64,000 bases of DNA from an uncultured Actinomycetota bacterium (GCA_963850195.1 CAWKKD010000003.1:109307-173306), one strand, 5' to 3'. Shown: positions 9,273 through 18,862, numbered from the stretch's first letter. Translations and numbers: made by a program. Notes: a model not told the origin generated them from the sequence alone.

Positions 9273-10490
9273 ATGGAGACCCTGGCTGCCTGCCCGCACT
9301 GCCGCACGGTGATGCTTCCGGGCCAGGCCGAGTGCCTGAGCTGCGGTCGGCAGGCCCAGGCGGTGCCCGCGGAGACGAAGCACACGCACGTGCCGGACGA
9401 GGCGGTGGCGTTCTGCCCGTTCTGCGCCGGCGGCGGGGAGGTACTCGCCGCGCCTGCGCCGCAGCCCACACTGTGGCTCGACGCGAAGCCCGATCGCCGC
9501 GTCCTCCGCGCGCTGGTCCTGATCGGCGGCGGGCTGCTGCTCGCCGTCGGTGTGATGTTCGGGGTACGGTCGCTGTTCTTCACGCCGGAGGACGCGATCA
9601 ACGATCACTTCACGGCTCTCGCCAGGCGTGATCCGGCCGCCGCGCTGGACACCCTCGACACGAGAGGGCGCCGGCAGATGAGCGGGCTGCCGCTCGCGCG
9701 CGCAGGCGCGCTCCGCAGCCCCGACTACCGTCCGCCGACGGACGTGCGCGTCGACAAGGTCGAGACGTACGACGACGCGTTCGCCCGGTCGGACACCACG
9801 AACATGGTCCGGGCGACGGTGCACTTCCGCGTCGGCGCGCATCGGCAGAACGCCGTCATCTTCCTGGTACGCGACAAGAAGAGTTCCTGGCTGTTCTTCC
9901 ACCGCTGGCGGCTCCTCAACGCGGCCGGATCCGTGGCGGCCGACGTCGCGAGCTCCAGCGGGGTGATGGTCGCCGGGCAGCCGATCGCCAAGGGGCAGGA
10001 GGACGAGGGGATCGAGAGCCCCGCCTTCGCCGGTGAGTACACCGTCCGGCTACCCGGCAACCCGCTGCTGGAGTCCGCACCCGGATCGGTCCTGGTCTCG
10101 TACGGCTACGAGAGCCCGGCGGTGGCCCGGCTCCAGCCGACGCTCCGGCCGCTCGCGCAGGACGGCGCCGCGGCCATGGTCCATGCCTACCTTGACGCGT
10201 GTGCGAAGAGCACCGACGCCGGACCGGAGGGATGCCCGCTCTCGAGCGGCCACTACGACGCGTCGAACGTGAGCTGGACGATCGACGCGTACCCGCAGGT
10301 CACCGTGGAGATGGTCGACGGAGTACCGACGGTGAGCACCAACACCCTCGGGTCGGCGACGGTATCGGGGAACGACCGTGACCTGTACGGCGAGACCTCG
10401 CACTTCTCCGAGAAGACGGACGTCTCCGTCACGGGCTCGCTGGTGCTGGTGGACGGCGGGAAGATCTCGTTCAGACCCGGCGCCGACTGA
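9273..10490 (+). CDS. Zinc-ribbon membrane protein of unknown function: N-terminal C4 ribbon, one TM segment, about 270-aa extracytoplasmic domain. The architecture resembles TcaA/YvbJ.
   Basis: ATG at 9273 with an AAGGAG RBS. CPHC-x10-CLSC plus FCPFC. TM segment VLRALVLIGGGLLLAVGVMFGV. The upstream part of track ORF 8865..10490 overlaps the M48 gene and was discarded. Confidence 0.7.
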   Translation: METLAACPHCRTVMLPGQAECLSCGRQAQAVPAETKHTHVPDEAVAFCPFCAGGGEVLAAPAPQPTLWLDAKPDRRVLRALVLIGGGLLLAVGVMFGVRSLFFTPEDAINDHFTALARRDPAAALDTLDTRGRRQMSGLPLARAGALRSPDYRPPTDVRVDKVETYDDAFARSDTTNMVRATVHFRVGAHRQNAVIFLVRDKKSSWLFFHRWRLLNAAGSVAADVASSSGVMVAGQPIAKGQEDEGIESPAFAGEYTVRLPGNPLLESAPGSVLVSYGYESPAVARLQPTLRPLAQDGAAAMVHAYLDACAKSTDAGPEGCPLSSGHYDASNVSWTIDAYPQVTVEMVDGVPTVSTNTLGSATVSGNDRDLYGETSHFSEKTDVSVTGSLVLVDGGKISFRPGAD

Positions 10491-10492
10491 CG

Positions 10493-11917
10493 TCACTCGA
10501 CGGGGACCTCGCGGCCGTCTTCGGCCCAGAGAGTATGGAAGACGCCGTCGCGGTCGATACGGCGGTAGGTGTGCGCGCCGAAGTTGTCGCGCAGGGCCTG
10601 GATGAGCGAGGCCGGGCCGCGCTCGCGGCGGAAGCCGTCGTAGTAGGCGAGCGCCGAGGAGAACGCCGGCGTCGGCACGCCCAGCCCGACGGCGGCGCGC
10701 ACCACCTGCCGCCACGCCGGCTGGCCGCCCGCGATCGCGTCGCGGAAGTAGCCGTCCAGCAGGAGGTTGGCCAGGTCCGGCTCGCGGTCGTAGGCGTCCT
10801 TGATCCGGTCGAGGAACCGGGCGCGGATGATGCAGCCGCCCCGCCAGATCGTGGCCAGCGTCCCCGGGTCGACGTCCCAGCCATATTCCTGCGAGGCCGC
10901 GCCGATCTGCTCGAACCCCTGCGCGTACGCGACGACCTTCGAGGCGTACAGCGCGTCGCGTACCGGATCCACGAGGTCGGTCCCGTCCGGTTTGGACTCC
11001 GGGCCCGGCAGCGTACGCGCGGCACGTACCCGCTGCTCCTTGCGCGCCGACAGCGCGCGGGCGAAGACGGCCTCGGTGATCGCGGTCAGCGGTACGCCGA
11101 GCTCCAGCGCGGACTGGGCGGTCCAGCGGCCGGTGCCCTTCTGCTCGGCCTGGTCGAGGATCACCTCGACGAGCGGCCGCCCGGTCGCCGCGTCGGCGTG
11201 CGCCAGGACCGTCGCGGTGATCTCGATGAGGAACGACTCGAGGTCGCCCTCGTTCCAGCGTTCGAAGACCTCGGCGATCCGCGGCGCGGACAGCCCCGCC
11301 GTGTGCGTGAGCAGGTCGTAGGCCTCGGCGATGAGCTGCATGTCGGCGTACTCGATGCCGTTGTGGGCCATCTTGACGTAGTGGCCGGCCCCGTCCGGCC
11401 CGATGTACGCGCAGCACGGCGTGCCGTCCACCTGCGCCGCGATCGTGGTCAGGATCGGCGCGACGGCGTCGTACGCCTGGCGCGGCCCGCCCGGCATGAT
11501 GCTCGGCCCGTACAGCGCGCCCTCCTCACCACCGGAGATGCCGGTGCCGAGGAAGTGGACGCCGCGTTCGGCCAGGGCCGCGCCCCGGCGGCGGGTGTCC
11601 AGGAAGTGGGAGTTGCCGCCGTCGATGATGATGTCGCCCTCGTCGAGCAACGGCACCAGCTCGTCGATCACCGCGTCGACCGGGCCACCGGCCTTCACCA
11701 TGATCACGACCCGGCGCGGCCGGTCGAGCGCGGCCACGAACTCCGGGGCCGTGTACGCCGCGGTGAAGTCGCCCTCGTGCCCGTACCGCGAGACCAGCTC
11801 TTCCGTACGGCTGCCGGTCCGGTTGTGCACGGCGATGGGGAACCCATGCCGCGCGATGTTCCGCGCGAGGTTCTGGCCCATGACGGCGAGTCCGGTGACA
11901 CCGATTTCGCTTCCCAT
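10493..11917 (-). CDS. gnd: 6-phosphogluconate dehydrogenase (NADP+, decarboxylating)
   Basis: IGVTGLAVMGQNLARNIA Rossmann start with full-length similarity. Start placed at the ATG giving MGSEIG. The upstream 31 codons of the track ORF look non-coding. Confidence 0.92.
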   Translation of the reverse strand: MGSEIGVTGLAVMGQNLARNIARHGFPIAVHNRTGSRTEELVSRYGHEGDFTAAYTAPEFVAALDRPRRVVIMVKAGGPVDAVIDELVPLLDEGDIIIDGGNSHFLDTRRRGAALAERGVHFLGTGISGGEEGALYGPSIMPGGPRQAYDAVAPILTTIAAQVDGTPCCAYIGPDGAGHYVKMAHNGIEYADMQLIAEAYDLLTHTAGLSAPRIAEVFERWNEGDLESFLIEITATVLAHADAATGRPLVEVILDQAEQKGTGRWTAQSALELGVPLTAITEAVFARALSARKEQRVRAARTLPGPESKPDGTDLVDPVRDALYASKVVAYAQGFEQIGAASQEYGWDVDPGTLATIWRGGCIIRARFLDRIKDAYDREPDLANLLLDGYFRDAIAGGQPAWRQVVRAAVGLGVPTPAFSSALAYYDGFRRERGPASLIQALRDNFGAHTYRRIDRDGVFHTLWAEDGREVPVE

Positions 11918-12127
11918 GAGTTCGACGGTTACCACCAGAGCCGCGCCTAACCCCGAACACCCGGTCGTCTCCTCCCGCGCCGCCCACCGGCACGCGTCAT
12001 AGGCGGACATAACTCGTAAAGTCTTGATTACTGCGAATTATCGGGATTAGATCAAAATGCGGTCCAATGGGGAGATCGCAGTCGGGGAGGCGTGCGCATC
12101 TTGCGGCATTGGGGGAAAGCGGCGGTC

Positions 12128-12565
12128 ATGTCCGGCCGGCAGGCCGACCGGTTGGCGGGAGACCGCGCCGAGCGCACATTTCTCGCGAGATATCCTGACT
12201 ATTCGCTGACGCGGCGCTTAGACGAGCTTCGCGCGACGGATTACGGCTATCTCGACGCCGGTGGCCACGTCTACCTCGACTACGGCGGGGCAGGTCTCCC
12301 GGCGGACGGCCAGCTATCGGCGCACACGGTGCGTATGCGGGGGAACTGTTTCGGCAATCCGCATTCGGCGAATCCGACGTCCGCACGCGCCACCGAACTC
12401 GTCGAGCGGACCCGCGCGCGAATACTCGAGTTCTTCAACGCCTCACCGGCCGAGTATGCGGTGATCTTCACGCCGAACGCCACCGGGGCGTGCCGGCTGG
12501 TCGGTGAGTCCTATCCGTTCGACCGAGATAACGGTCTCGTTCTCACCCTGGACAACCACAAAGGG
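12128..12565 (+). pseudogene. N-terminal fragment (about 146 codons) of a class-V aminotransferase / MOCOS-like cysteine desulfurase family protein
   Basis: YLDYGGAG...NPHS...ILEFFNASPAEYAVIFTPNATGACRLVGESYPF...LTLDNH matches the N-terminal third of this roughly 450-500-aa family. Beyond about 12565 the frame only mirrors the opposite-strand ABC gene. Confidence 0.6.
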
Positions 12566-13669
12566 CGTGCGTTCCGGTGCCACCGGCGGCGCGACCTGGG
12601 CGAACCTCCGTGCCCACTCGCGCGGCGTGTCCTCGTCGGCGAGGCGTTCGTAGACCTCCTCGAGCTGGTCGGTCTGGAAGTACGCGCGCGCCGCGTCCGG
12701 CGTGCCGAAGAACGCGAGATGGCCCTCGGCGGTCAGGAACGCCACCTTGTCGCACAGGGCGAGGTCCGGCGGCGCGTGCGTGGTCAGCACGACGGTCGAA
12801 CCGGCGCCCGCGAGACGCCGCAGCAGGCGCATCAGGTCGGCGGAGGCCGCCGGGTCCAGGCCCGAGGTCGGCTCGTCGAGGTAGAGCGCGCCCGGCCTGG
12901 TCAGCAGGTCAACCGCGATGCTCGCGCGCTTGCGCTCGCCGCCGCTCAGCGACCCGACGCGCGTGTCGGCGCGCGCGGTGAGGTCGAGGGCGCGCAGCAC
13001 CCGGCGTACGGCGTCGTCGATTTCTTCCGCGGAGGTGCCGGCGGGCAGCCGCAGCCGCGCGGCGTACCGGAGGGTGCGGGCGAGCGGCAGCTCACGATGG
13101 ATGATGTCGTCCTGCGGCACGTAGCCGAAGGACGCGGGGTCGCCGTCGACGCGCACCTCACCCGACGCGGGCGGGCGCACCCCGGACACGGCGTCGAGCA
13201 GGGTCGTCTTCCCACTGCCGCTGGCGCCGACGATCGCGACCAGCTCGCCGGGCTCGATCGTCATCGACACGTCATGCAGCGTCCGGCGCCCGCCGGTCCA
13301 CTGCCCGGCCGACCGTACGTCGATGCGCAGGCCCGCGTCGCACGACTCGCGCGAGGCGTCCAGTGCGGCGTGCGCCTCGGACGCGGGGAGCGTCCACAGC
13401 CGCGCGGATGTCAGGGCGCGCACCGTGGTGGAGTACCGGTTCTCGCTGGTCCGCACCGGCCCGTCGAGTTCGCCGGAGGCGACCGCGATGATCAGGTCGG
13501 CCGGCTCGCCCGCGCGGCACACGACCGCGTCGGCATCGACGGTGACCAGCGCCAGCGCCGGTTCGAGCGCGTGCAACCGCCGTAGCGGCAGCCCGCGCAG
13601 CGGCGCCATCCGGCGTAACGCCCGCAGCCGCTCGCCCGTCTCACGCCATCCGGTCGTACGTGCGTCCAC
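12443..13669 (-). CDS. ABC transporter ATP-binding protein (ABCG-like) with an N-terminal cNMP-binding-like segment. Possibly truncated at the C-terminus.
   Basis: Walker A GASGSGKTT, signature LSGGERKR, Walker B LYLDEPTSGLD. GTG at 13669 preceded by GGGGGA. The last 50 or so residues are antisense to the aminotransferase fragment, and no permease domain or gene follows. Confidence 0.7.
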   Translation of the reverse strand: MDARTTGWRETGERLRALRRMAPLRGLPLRRLHALEPALALVTVDADAVVCRAGEPADLIIAVASGELDGPVRTSENRYSTTVRALTSARLWTLPASEAHAALDASRESCDAGLRIDVRSAGQWTGGRRTLHDVSMTIEPGELVAIVGASGSGKTTLLDAVSGVRPPASGEVRVDGDPASFGYVPQDDIIHRELPLARTLRYAARLRLPAGTSAEEIDDAVRRVLRALDLTARADTRVGSLSGGERKRASIAVDLLTRPGALYLDEPTSGLDPAASADLMRLLRRLAGAGSTVVLTTHAPPDLALCDKVAFLTAEGHLAFFGTPDAARAYFQTDQLEEVYERLADEDTPREWARRFAQVAPPVAPERTPFVVVQGENETVISVERIGLTDQPARPGGVRREDHRILGR

Positions 13670-13797
13670 GACGTTCCCCCGCCCCGTGCGGCGGCCCCTG
13701 CCGCACCCTCGGTCACTCTCACACAGGGACGAGACGCCGTGAAGGGTATAAATCCGGCACTTCCCCACGACCTGCGCGATGTTAACGCCGCTCCACC

Positions 13798-15435
13798 GTG
13801 GGAAACCCGTACGCCGTGGACAGCGCGCGACTGCTCAAGGACCGCTACCGCCTCGGCAACGTCGTCGGCCGTGGAGGCATGGGCGTCGTCTGGCTGGCGA
13901 CGGACGAACTCCTCGACCGGAAGGTCGCGGTCAAGGAGGTCCGCTACCCGCCCGGCCTCGCCGACGCCGAACGCGACGACCTCCGGCGCCGTACGCTCCG
14001 CGAGGCGCGGACCACCGCGCGGCTCAGCCACCCCAACGTGGTCGGCCTGTTCGACGTCGTCGAGGCCGAGGACCGGCCGTGGATCGTCATGGAGTTCATC
14101 CCGTCCCGGTCGCTCGCCGAGACCGTACGCGAGGACGGCCCGCTCAGCCCCGAACGCACCGCCGAGGTGGGACTCCAACTGCTCGAGGGGCTGTGCGCCG
14201 CGCACACGGCCGGCGTTTTGCACCGTGACGTCAAGCCCGGCAACGTCCTGCTCGGCGAGGACGGGCGGGTCGTGCTCGGCGACTTCGGCATCGCGACCGC
14301 CAAGGGCGGCGCGACCGTCACCTCCTCGGGCGTGCTGATCGGCTCGCCCTCCTACATGGCGCCCGAACGCGCGCGCGGCGGCGAGATCGGCTCCGCGTCG
14401 GACCTGTGGTCGCTCGGCGCCACGCTCTACACGGCCGTCGAGGGCCACCCGCCCTTCGACCGCGACAGCCCGATGGCCATCCTCGCCGCCGTCGTGACGG
14501 AGGATCCCGACCCGCCACACCGCGCCGGACCGCTGTGGCCGCTGATCCGCGCCCTGCTCCAGCGGGATCCGGAGGTACGGCCGGGCCGGGTCACCGTCGA
14601 GCGGATGCTGCGAGAGATCACGGAGAGCGCCACCCCGGCGCCCGCCGACCCGCCGAACCCGAGCCGCGATTCCCAGGCGGACGCGGGCCAGGAGCCGTTC
14701 CGGGCTCGGGCGGACGCGGGCCGGGAGTCACTCCGGTTCCCGGTGGGCGCGGGCCGTTCGGCTTCGAGTTCCGGTGAGGACCGCGACGACCCGGAGATCA
14801 CCGGACGGCAGGGGCGGGCGTGGCGCGGGCGGGTCGTCCTCGCGGCGGCCGTGGTCCTGGTCGCCGTCGCCGCGCTCCTCGCGCGTCACCTGCTCGCGGG
14901 CGGGCCGCCGAAGGCCGCGCACAGACGTCCCCCGGCGACACCGGCGCCCGTACGGAGCCCGACGACGCCGAAGCCCACACCCTCCAGCGCGCTGCCCGAC
15001 GGCTACCGCTGGTACCACGACCGTACGCAGTTCTCGATCGGCGTGCCGGACGGCTGGACCGTGTCCCACCGCGGCCACTACCTGTACGTCGACGACCCGA
15101 AGAGCGCGCGCTACCTGATCGTGGACCAGACCGGCTCGCCGAAGTCCGACCCCCTCAAGGACTGGCGCGAGCAGGAGCGGAACCGTACGTCGAGCTACCC
15201 CGGCTACCACCGGATCCGGCTGGAGTCGGTCCGTTATCCGCAGGCGAAGAAGGCCGCCGACTGGGAGTTCACCTACGACGGCTCGCACGGGCGTACCCAC
15301 ATCCTCAACCGCAACGTGCTGGTGAACGGCAGGCACGCGTACGCCCTGTACTGGTCGGCGCCGCAGGGTTCGTGGACCGAGAGCCGAGGGGTGTTCGACG
15401 CCTTCGCGGCCACGTTCCGGCCGGCCACCACGTGA
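13798..15435 (+). CDS. Hanks-type Ser/Thr protein kinase with one TM segment and a C-terminal extracytoplasmic domain
   Basis: GRGGMGVVW, VAVK, HRDVKPGNVL, DFG and SPSYMAPE motifs. TM segment VVLAAAVVLVAVAALLA. The start is uncertain (GTG at 13798 or the next in-frame GTG). Confidence 0.9.
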   Translation: MGNPYAVDSARLLKDRYRLGNVVGRGGMGVVWLATDELLDRKVAVKEVRYPPGLADAERDDLRRRTLREARTTARLSHPNVVGLFDVVEAEDRPWIVMEFIPSRSLAETVREDGPLSPERTAEVGLQLLEGLCAAHTAGVLHRDVKPGNVLLGEDGRVVLGDFGIATAKGGATVTSSGVLIGSPSYMAPERARGGEIGSASDLWSLGATLYTAVEGHPPFDRDSPMAILAAVVTEDPDPPHRAGPLWPLIRALLQRDPEVRPGRVTVERMLREITESATPAPADPPNPSRDSQADAGQEPFRARADAGRESLRFPVGAGRSASSSGEDRDDPEITGRQGRAWRGRVVLAAAVVLVAVAALLARHLLAGGPPKAAHRRPPATPAPVRSPTTPKPTPSSALPDGYRWYHDRTQFSIGVPDGWTVSHRGHYLYVDDPKSARYLIVDQTGSPKSDPLKDWREQERNRTSSYPGYHRIRLESVRYPQAKKAADWEFTYDGSHGRTHILNRNVLVNGRHAYALYWSAPQGSWTESRGVFDAFAATFRPATT

Positions 15436-15469
15436 CCTCTTGAGGCGCCTGCGCGATTTGTGACGATCA

Positions 15470-15487
15470 GGTTGCGATGTCGTAACC
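15470..15487. promoter_or_regulatory. Imperfect 18-bp palindrome GGTTGCGA-TG-TCGTAACC upstream of the sugar-ABC operon (candidate operator)
   Basis: 7 of 8 arm positions pair. It lies about 100 nt upstream of the SBP start. A ROK regulator is encoded at the operon end. Confidence 0.3.
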
Positions 15488-15590
15488 GTCCCATGTCGCG
15501 GCTCGTCGGGCTCTGTACGGGATTGCGCCGATGGGAATACGTTGTGCGCCCAAACAAACTGTTCCTGGGGAGCTCGAAGAAGGTGTCGAC

Positions 15591-16682
15591 GTGAGATTCA
15601 GGCGTACGGCGTGTATCGCGGCGATCGCGGCGATGGCGACCACGGGCCTCGTGGCCTGCGGCAGCGACGACAGCAAGGGCGGCAAGTCCACCGGCAGCGA
15701 GGCCAAGGCCAAGGGCAAGATCGGGATCATCCTCCCCGACACCAAGTCCTCGGTGCGCTGGGAGAGCTTCGACCGCCCGCTGCTGACCGCGGCGTTCAAG
15801 TCGGCCGGGATCCCGGCCGACATCCAGAACGCCGAGGGCGACAAGCAGCGGATGCAGACGATCGCCGACCAGATGATCACGAACGGCGTGACCATGCTGG
15901 CGATCGTCAATCTCGACTCCAACTCCGGCGCGGCCATCGAGACCAAGGCCAAGGCGCAGGGCGTCCAGACGATCGACTACGACCGTCTCACGCTCGGCGG
16001 CTCCGCCGATTACTACGTGTCGTTCGACGGCGTCGAGGTCGGCCGCACCCAGGGCGAGGGCCTGCAGAAGTGCCTGGGCGACAAGGCCGCCAACATCGTC
16101 TACCTGAACGGCTCGCCGACGGACAACAACGCGACGCTCTTCAAGCAGGGCGCGCATGAGGTCCTCGACAAGGTGACCACCTACAAGAAGGTCGCCGAGC
16201 AGGACGTGCCCGACTGGGACAACCAGAAGGCCGCCACGATCTTCGAGCAGATGTACACGCAGCAGAAGGGCAAGATCGACGGCGTCCTCGCCGCCAATGA
16301 CGGCCTGGGCAACTCCGCGGTGTCCATCCTCAAGAAGAACAGCGCCGCCGGCAAGGTGCCCGTCACCGGCCAGGACGCCACGCCCCAGGGTCTGCAGAAC
16401 GTGCTCGAGGGCACGCAGTGCATGACGGTCTACAAGCCCATCAAGGACGAGGCCGACGCCCTGGTCAAGGTCGTCACCGCGCTCGCCAAGGGCCAGAAGC
16501 CGCAGACCAACGGCACCTCCAACGACCCCCAGGGCAAGCGCGCCGTGCCCTCGATCCTGCTCAAGCCGATCGGTGTCTACAAGGACAACGTGAAGCAGGT
16601 CGTCACCGACGGGTTCGTCAAGCTCACCGAGCTCTGCAAGGGCTCCTTCGCCGCCAAGTGCAAGGCGGCTGGAATCGAGTGA
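15591..16682 (+). CDS. xylF: Sugar ABC transporter substrate-binding lipoprotein, XylF-like (probable D-xylose binding)
   Basis: Lipobox LVAC. IDYDRL...DYYVSFDGVEVGRTQGEGL parallels E. coli XylF. GTG at 15591 with a GAAGAAGG RBS. Confidence 0.8.
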   Translation: MRFRRTACIAAIAAMATTGLVACGSDDSKGGKSTGSEAKAKGKIGIILPDTKSSVRWESFDRPLLTAAFKSAGIPADIQNAEGDKQRMQTIADQMITNGVTMLAIVNLDSNSGAAIETKAKAQGVQTIDYDRLTLGGSADYYVSFDGVEVGRTQGEGLQKCLGDKAANIVYLNGSPTDNNATLFKQGAHEVLDKVTTYKKVAEQDVPDWDNQKAATIFEQMYTQQKGKIDGVLAANDGLGNSAVSILKKNSAAGKVPVTGQDATPQGLQNVLEGTQCMTVYKPIKDEADALVKVVTALAKGQKPQTNGTSNDPQGKRAVPSILLKPIGVYKDNVKQVVTDGFVKLTELCKGSFAAKCKAAGIE

Positions 16683-16739
16683 CCCGACCGGGGTGCCCGG
16701 GACCTCCCGGGCACCCCGTTCACCCGTCCGAGGGAGCAA

Positions 16740-17528
16740 GTGTTGTCTGAGAACGGAACCCCCGCCCTCGAGCTGGTGGGGATCAACAAGAGCTTCGGAG
16801 CCGTCCACGTGCTCCACGACGTCGACCTGGCCGTCCAGCCGGGCCAGGTGACCGCGCTGGTCGGCGACAACGGCGCGGGCAAGTCGACGCTCATCAAGTG
16901 CATCGCGGGGATCCATCCGGTGGACTCCGGCCGGATCCTCTTCGAGGGCCGCGAGGTCAACGTCACGAGTCCGAAGGACGCCGCCGATCTCGGCATCGAG
17001 ATCGTCTACCAGGACCTGGCGCTCGCCGACAACCTCGACATCACGCAGAACATGTTCCTGGGGCGGGAGCGCAAGAAGGGCATCGTCCTCGACGAGGCGT
17101 CGATGGAGCAGTCCGCGCGCGAGACGCTCGCCAAGCTGTCGGTCCGCACCGTCAAGTCGGTGCGCCAGCAGGTCGCCAGCCTCTCCGGCGGCCAGCGGCA
17201 GACCGTGGCGATCGCCAAAGCCGTGCTGTGGGAGTCGAAGGTCGTCATCCTCGACGAGCCGACCGCCGCGCTCGGCGTCGCCCAGACGCGTCAGGTCCTC
17301 GACCTCGTACGCCGCCTGGCGGAGACCGGTCACGGCGTCATCCTGATCTCGCACAACATGATCGACGTCTTCGAGGTGGCGGACCGCATCACCGCCCTGT
17401 ACCTGGGACGCGTCGCCGCCGACGTCAAGCGTTCCGACGTCACCCACAGCCAGATCGTGGAGCTCATCACCACGGGCCGGTCCGGTGACCTCGGTCTCGC
17501 GCCCGCGACCGCCGCCGAGAGCATCTGA
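16740..17528 (+). CDS. Sugar ABC transporter ATP-binding protein (single NBD)
   Basis: Walker A GDNGAGKST, signature LSGGQRQ, Walker B ILDEPTAALG. Confidence 0.9.
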   Translation: MLSENGTPALELVGINKSFGAVHVLHDVDLAVQPGQVTALVGDNGAGKSTLIKCIAGIHPVDSGRILFEGREVNVTSPKDAADLGIEIVYQDLALADNLDITQNMFLGRERKKGIVLDEASMEQSARETLAKLSVRTVKSVRQQVASLSGGQRQTVAIAKAVLWESKVVILDEPTAALGVAQTRQVLDLVRRLAETGHGVILISHNMIDVFEVADRITALYLGRVAADVKRSDVTHSQIVELITTGRSGDLGLAPATAAESI

Positions 17529-17537
17529 GGATTGTCG

Positions 17538-18842
17538 ATGTCCACCGAAACCCCCCAGCCGGCCGACACGGCCGACACGGTCGACGACCGGCCGTCGCAC
17601 GCCGACTCCGACTTCTCGACCGACACCCGCGTGCAGACCGTGTCGTCGGCGATCAACGACTACGGCGTCAAGCTGCGCTCCGGTGACCTGGGCGCACTGC
17701 CCGCGGTCTTCGGCCTGGTGGCGCTGATCATCCTGTTCTACGCGCTGCGCCCGGAGACGTTCCTCAGCAAGGGGAACATCGCGAACCTCCTGGTCCAGGC
17801 GCTGCCCGTGACGATCCTGGCCATGGGCCTGGTCTTCGTGTTGCTGCTCGGCGAGATCGACCTGTCCGCCGGTGTGGCCGGCGGTGCCTGCGCCGCCGTG
17901 ATGGCCAAGCTGCTCATCGACGGCGGGCAGAACTGGATCGTGGCGGTGCTCGCCGCCGCGGTCACCGGCCTGCTCATCGGTGGCCTGATCGGCGCGCTCG
18001 TCGCCATCGTGCGCATCCCATCGTTCGTCGTGACGCTCGCGCTCTTCCTCGGCCTGCAGGGCATCGCGCTGAAGCTGATCGGCGAGGGTGGCACCGTCCC
18101 GGTCCACGAGTCGGTCGTCTACGCGCTCGCCAACAAGTACATGCCGGTCTGGGCGGGCTGGACGCTCGCGATCGTGTGCGCGGTCGGCTACGCGGCCATC
18201 CTCGGCCTGCGCTGGGCGCGCCAGAGCGCCAAGGGCGTGTCCCGCAAGCCGGGCGCGCTGATCGCCGTCCAGATCGTGCTGATCACCATTGCCATGCTCG
18301 GCGGCGCGTACATCCTGAACCTCAACCGGGCGCGTACGCCGCTCGCCCCGTTCTTCGGCGGTGTGCCGTGGGGCGTGCCGCTCGTCGCCGTGCTGCTGAT
18401 CATCTGCAGCTTCGTGCTGAGCCGTACGAGCTACGGGCGCCACGTGTACGCGGTCGGCGGCAACGCCGAGGCCGCGCGCCGCGCGGGCATCAACGTGGCG
18501 CGGGTCCGCATGTCGGTGTTCATGATCTGCTCGCTGCTGGCGGCCGTCAGCGGCATCGTCGCCGCGTCACGACTCAACTCGGTGACGCCCGACGCCGGTG
18601 CCGGCAACACCCTGCTGTACGCGGTCGGCGCGGCCGTCATCGGCGGCACCAGCCTCTTCGGCGGCAAGGGCAAGGCGCGCGACGCGATCCTGGGTGGTCT
18701 CGTCATCGCGATCATCGACAACGGCCTCGGCCTGCTCGGTGCGAAGGCGTACCTCAACTACCTGATCACCGGTGGATTCCTGCTGCTCGCCGCGAGCATC
18801 GACGCCCTGGCCCGTCGTCGCCGGTCCGCGACCGGGCGCTAG
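17538..18842 (+). CDS. Sugar ABC transporter permease (XylH/RbsC-type)
   Basis: Multi-TM protein with a conserved GGTSLFGGKG motif. ATG at 17538, 7 nt after GAGGA (a TTG at 17532 is possible). Confidence 0.88.
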   Translation: MSTETPQPADTADTVDDRPSHADSDFSTDTRVQTVSSAINDYGVKLRSGDLGALPAVFGLVALIILFYALRPETFLSKGNIANLLVQALPVTILAMGLVFVLLLGEIDLSAGVAGGACAAVMAKLLIDGGQNWIVAVLAAAVTGLLIGGLIGALVAIVRIPSFVVTLALFLGLQGIALKLIGEGGTVPVHESVVYALANKYMPVWAGWTLAIVCAVGYAAILGLRWARQSAKGVSRKPGALIAVQIVLITIAMLGGAYILNLNRARTPLAPFFGGVPWGVPLVAVLLIICSFVLSRTSYGRHVYAVGGNAEAARRAGINVARVRMSVFMICSLLAAVSGIVAASRLNSVTPDAGAGNTLLYAVGAAVIGGTSLFGGKGKARDAILGGLVIAIIDNGLGLLGAKAYLNYLITGGFLLLAASIDALARRRRSATGR

Positions 18843-18862
18843 ACAACACCGGGGGACGTTCC

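Noticed and set aside
10488-10495. Palindrome TGACGTCA (CRE-like) between the zinc-ribbon gene and gnd. Likewise CTAG at 36684-36687 between the lipoprotein and GNAT genes.
   Set aside because: Both are simply the stop codons of convergent genes, abutting or overlapping on opposite strands (TGA/TGA and TAG/TAG). There is no evidence of a regulatory role. The only point worth noting is that they leave no room for terminators.
11918-12127. Low-GC spacer next to the decayed genes, considered as a genomic-island or mobile-element border
   Set aside because: I could find no integrase, transposase, tRNA gene, or flanking direct or inverted repeats. It is more simply a divergent promoter region next to a deletion scar.
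12092-13585. Track ORF reading as a single 497-aa protein
   Set aside because: Only the first 146 or so codons after the ATG at 12128 resemble a real family (class-V aminotransferase). The remainder is the mirror image of the minus-strand ABC ATPase. I annotated it as a fragment instead.
15273-18443. 1056-aa minus-strand ORF, the longest in the track
   Set aside because: It is exactly antisense to the xylF-ATPase-permease genes, which have clear motifs. Its translation is low-complexity and Arg/Gly/Asp/His-rich with no motif. This is a typical stop-free shadow frame in high-GC DNA.
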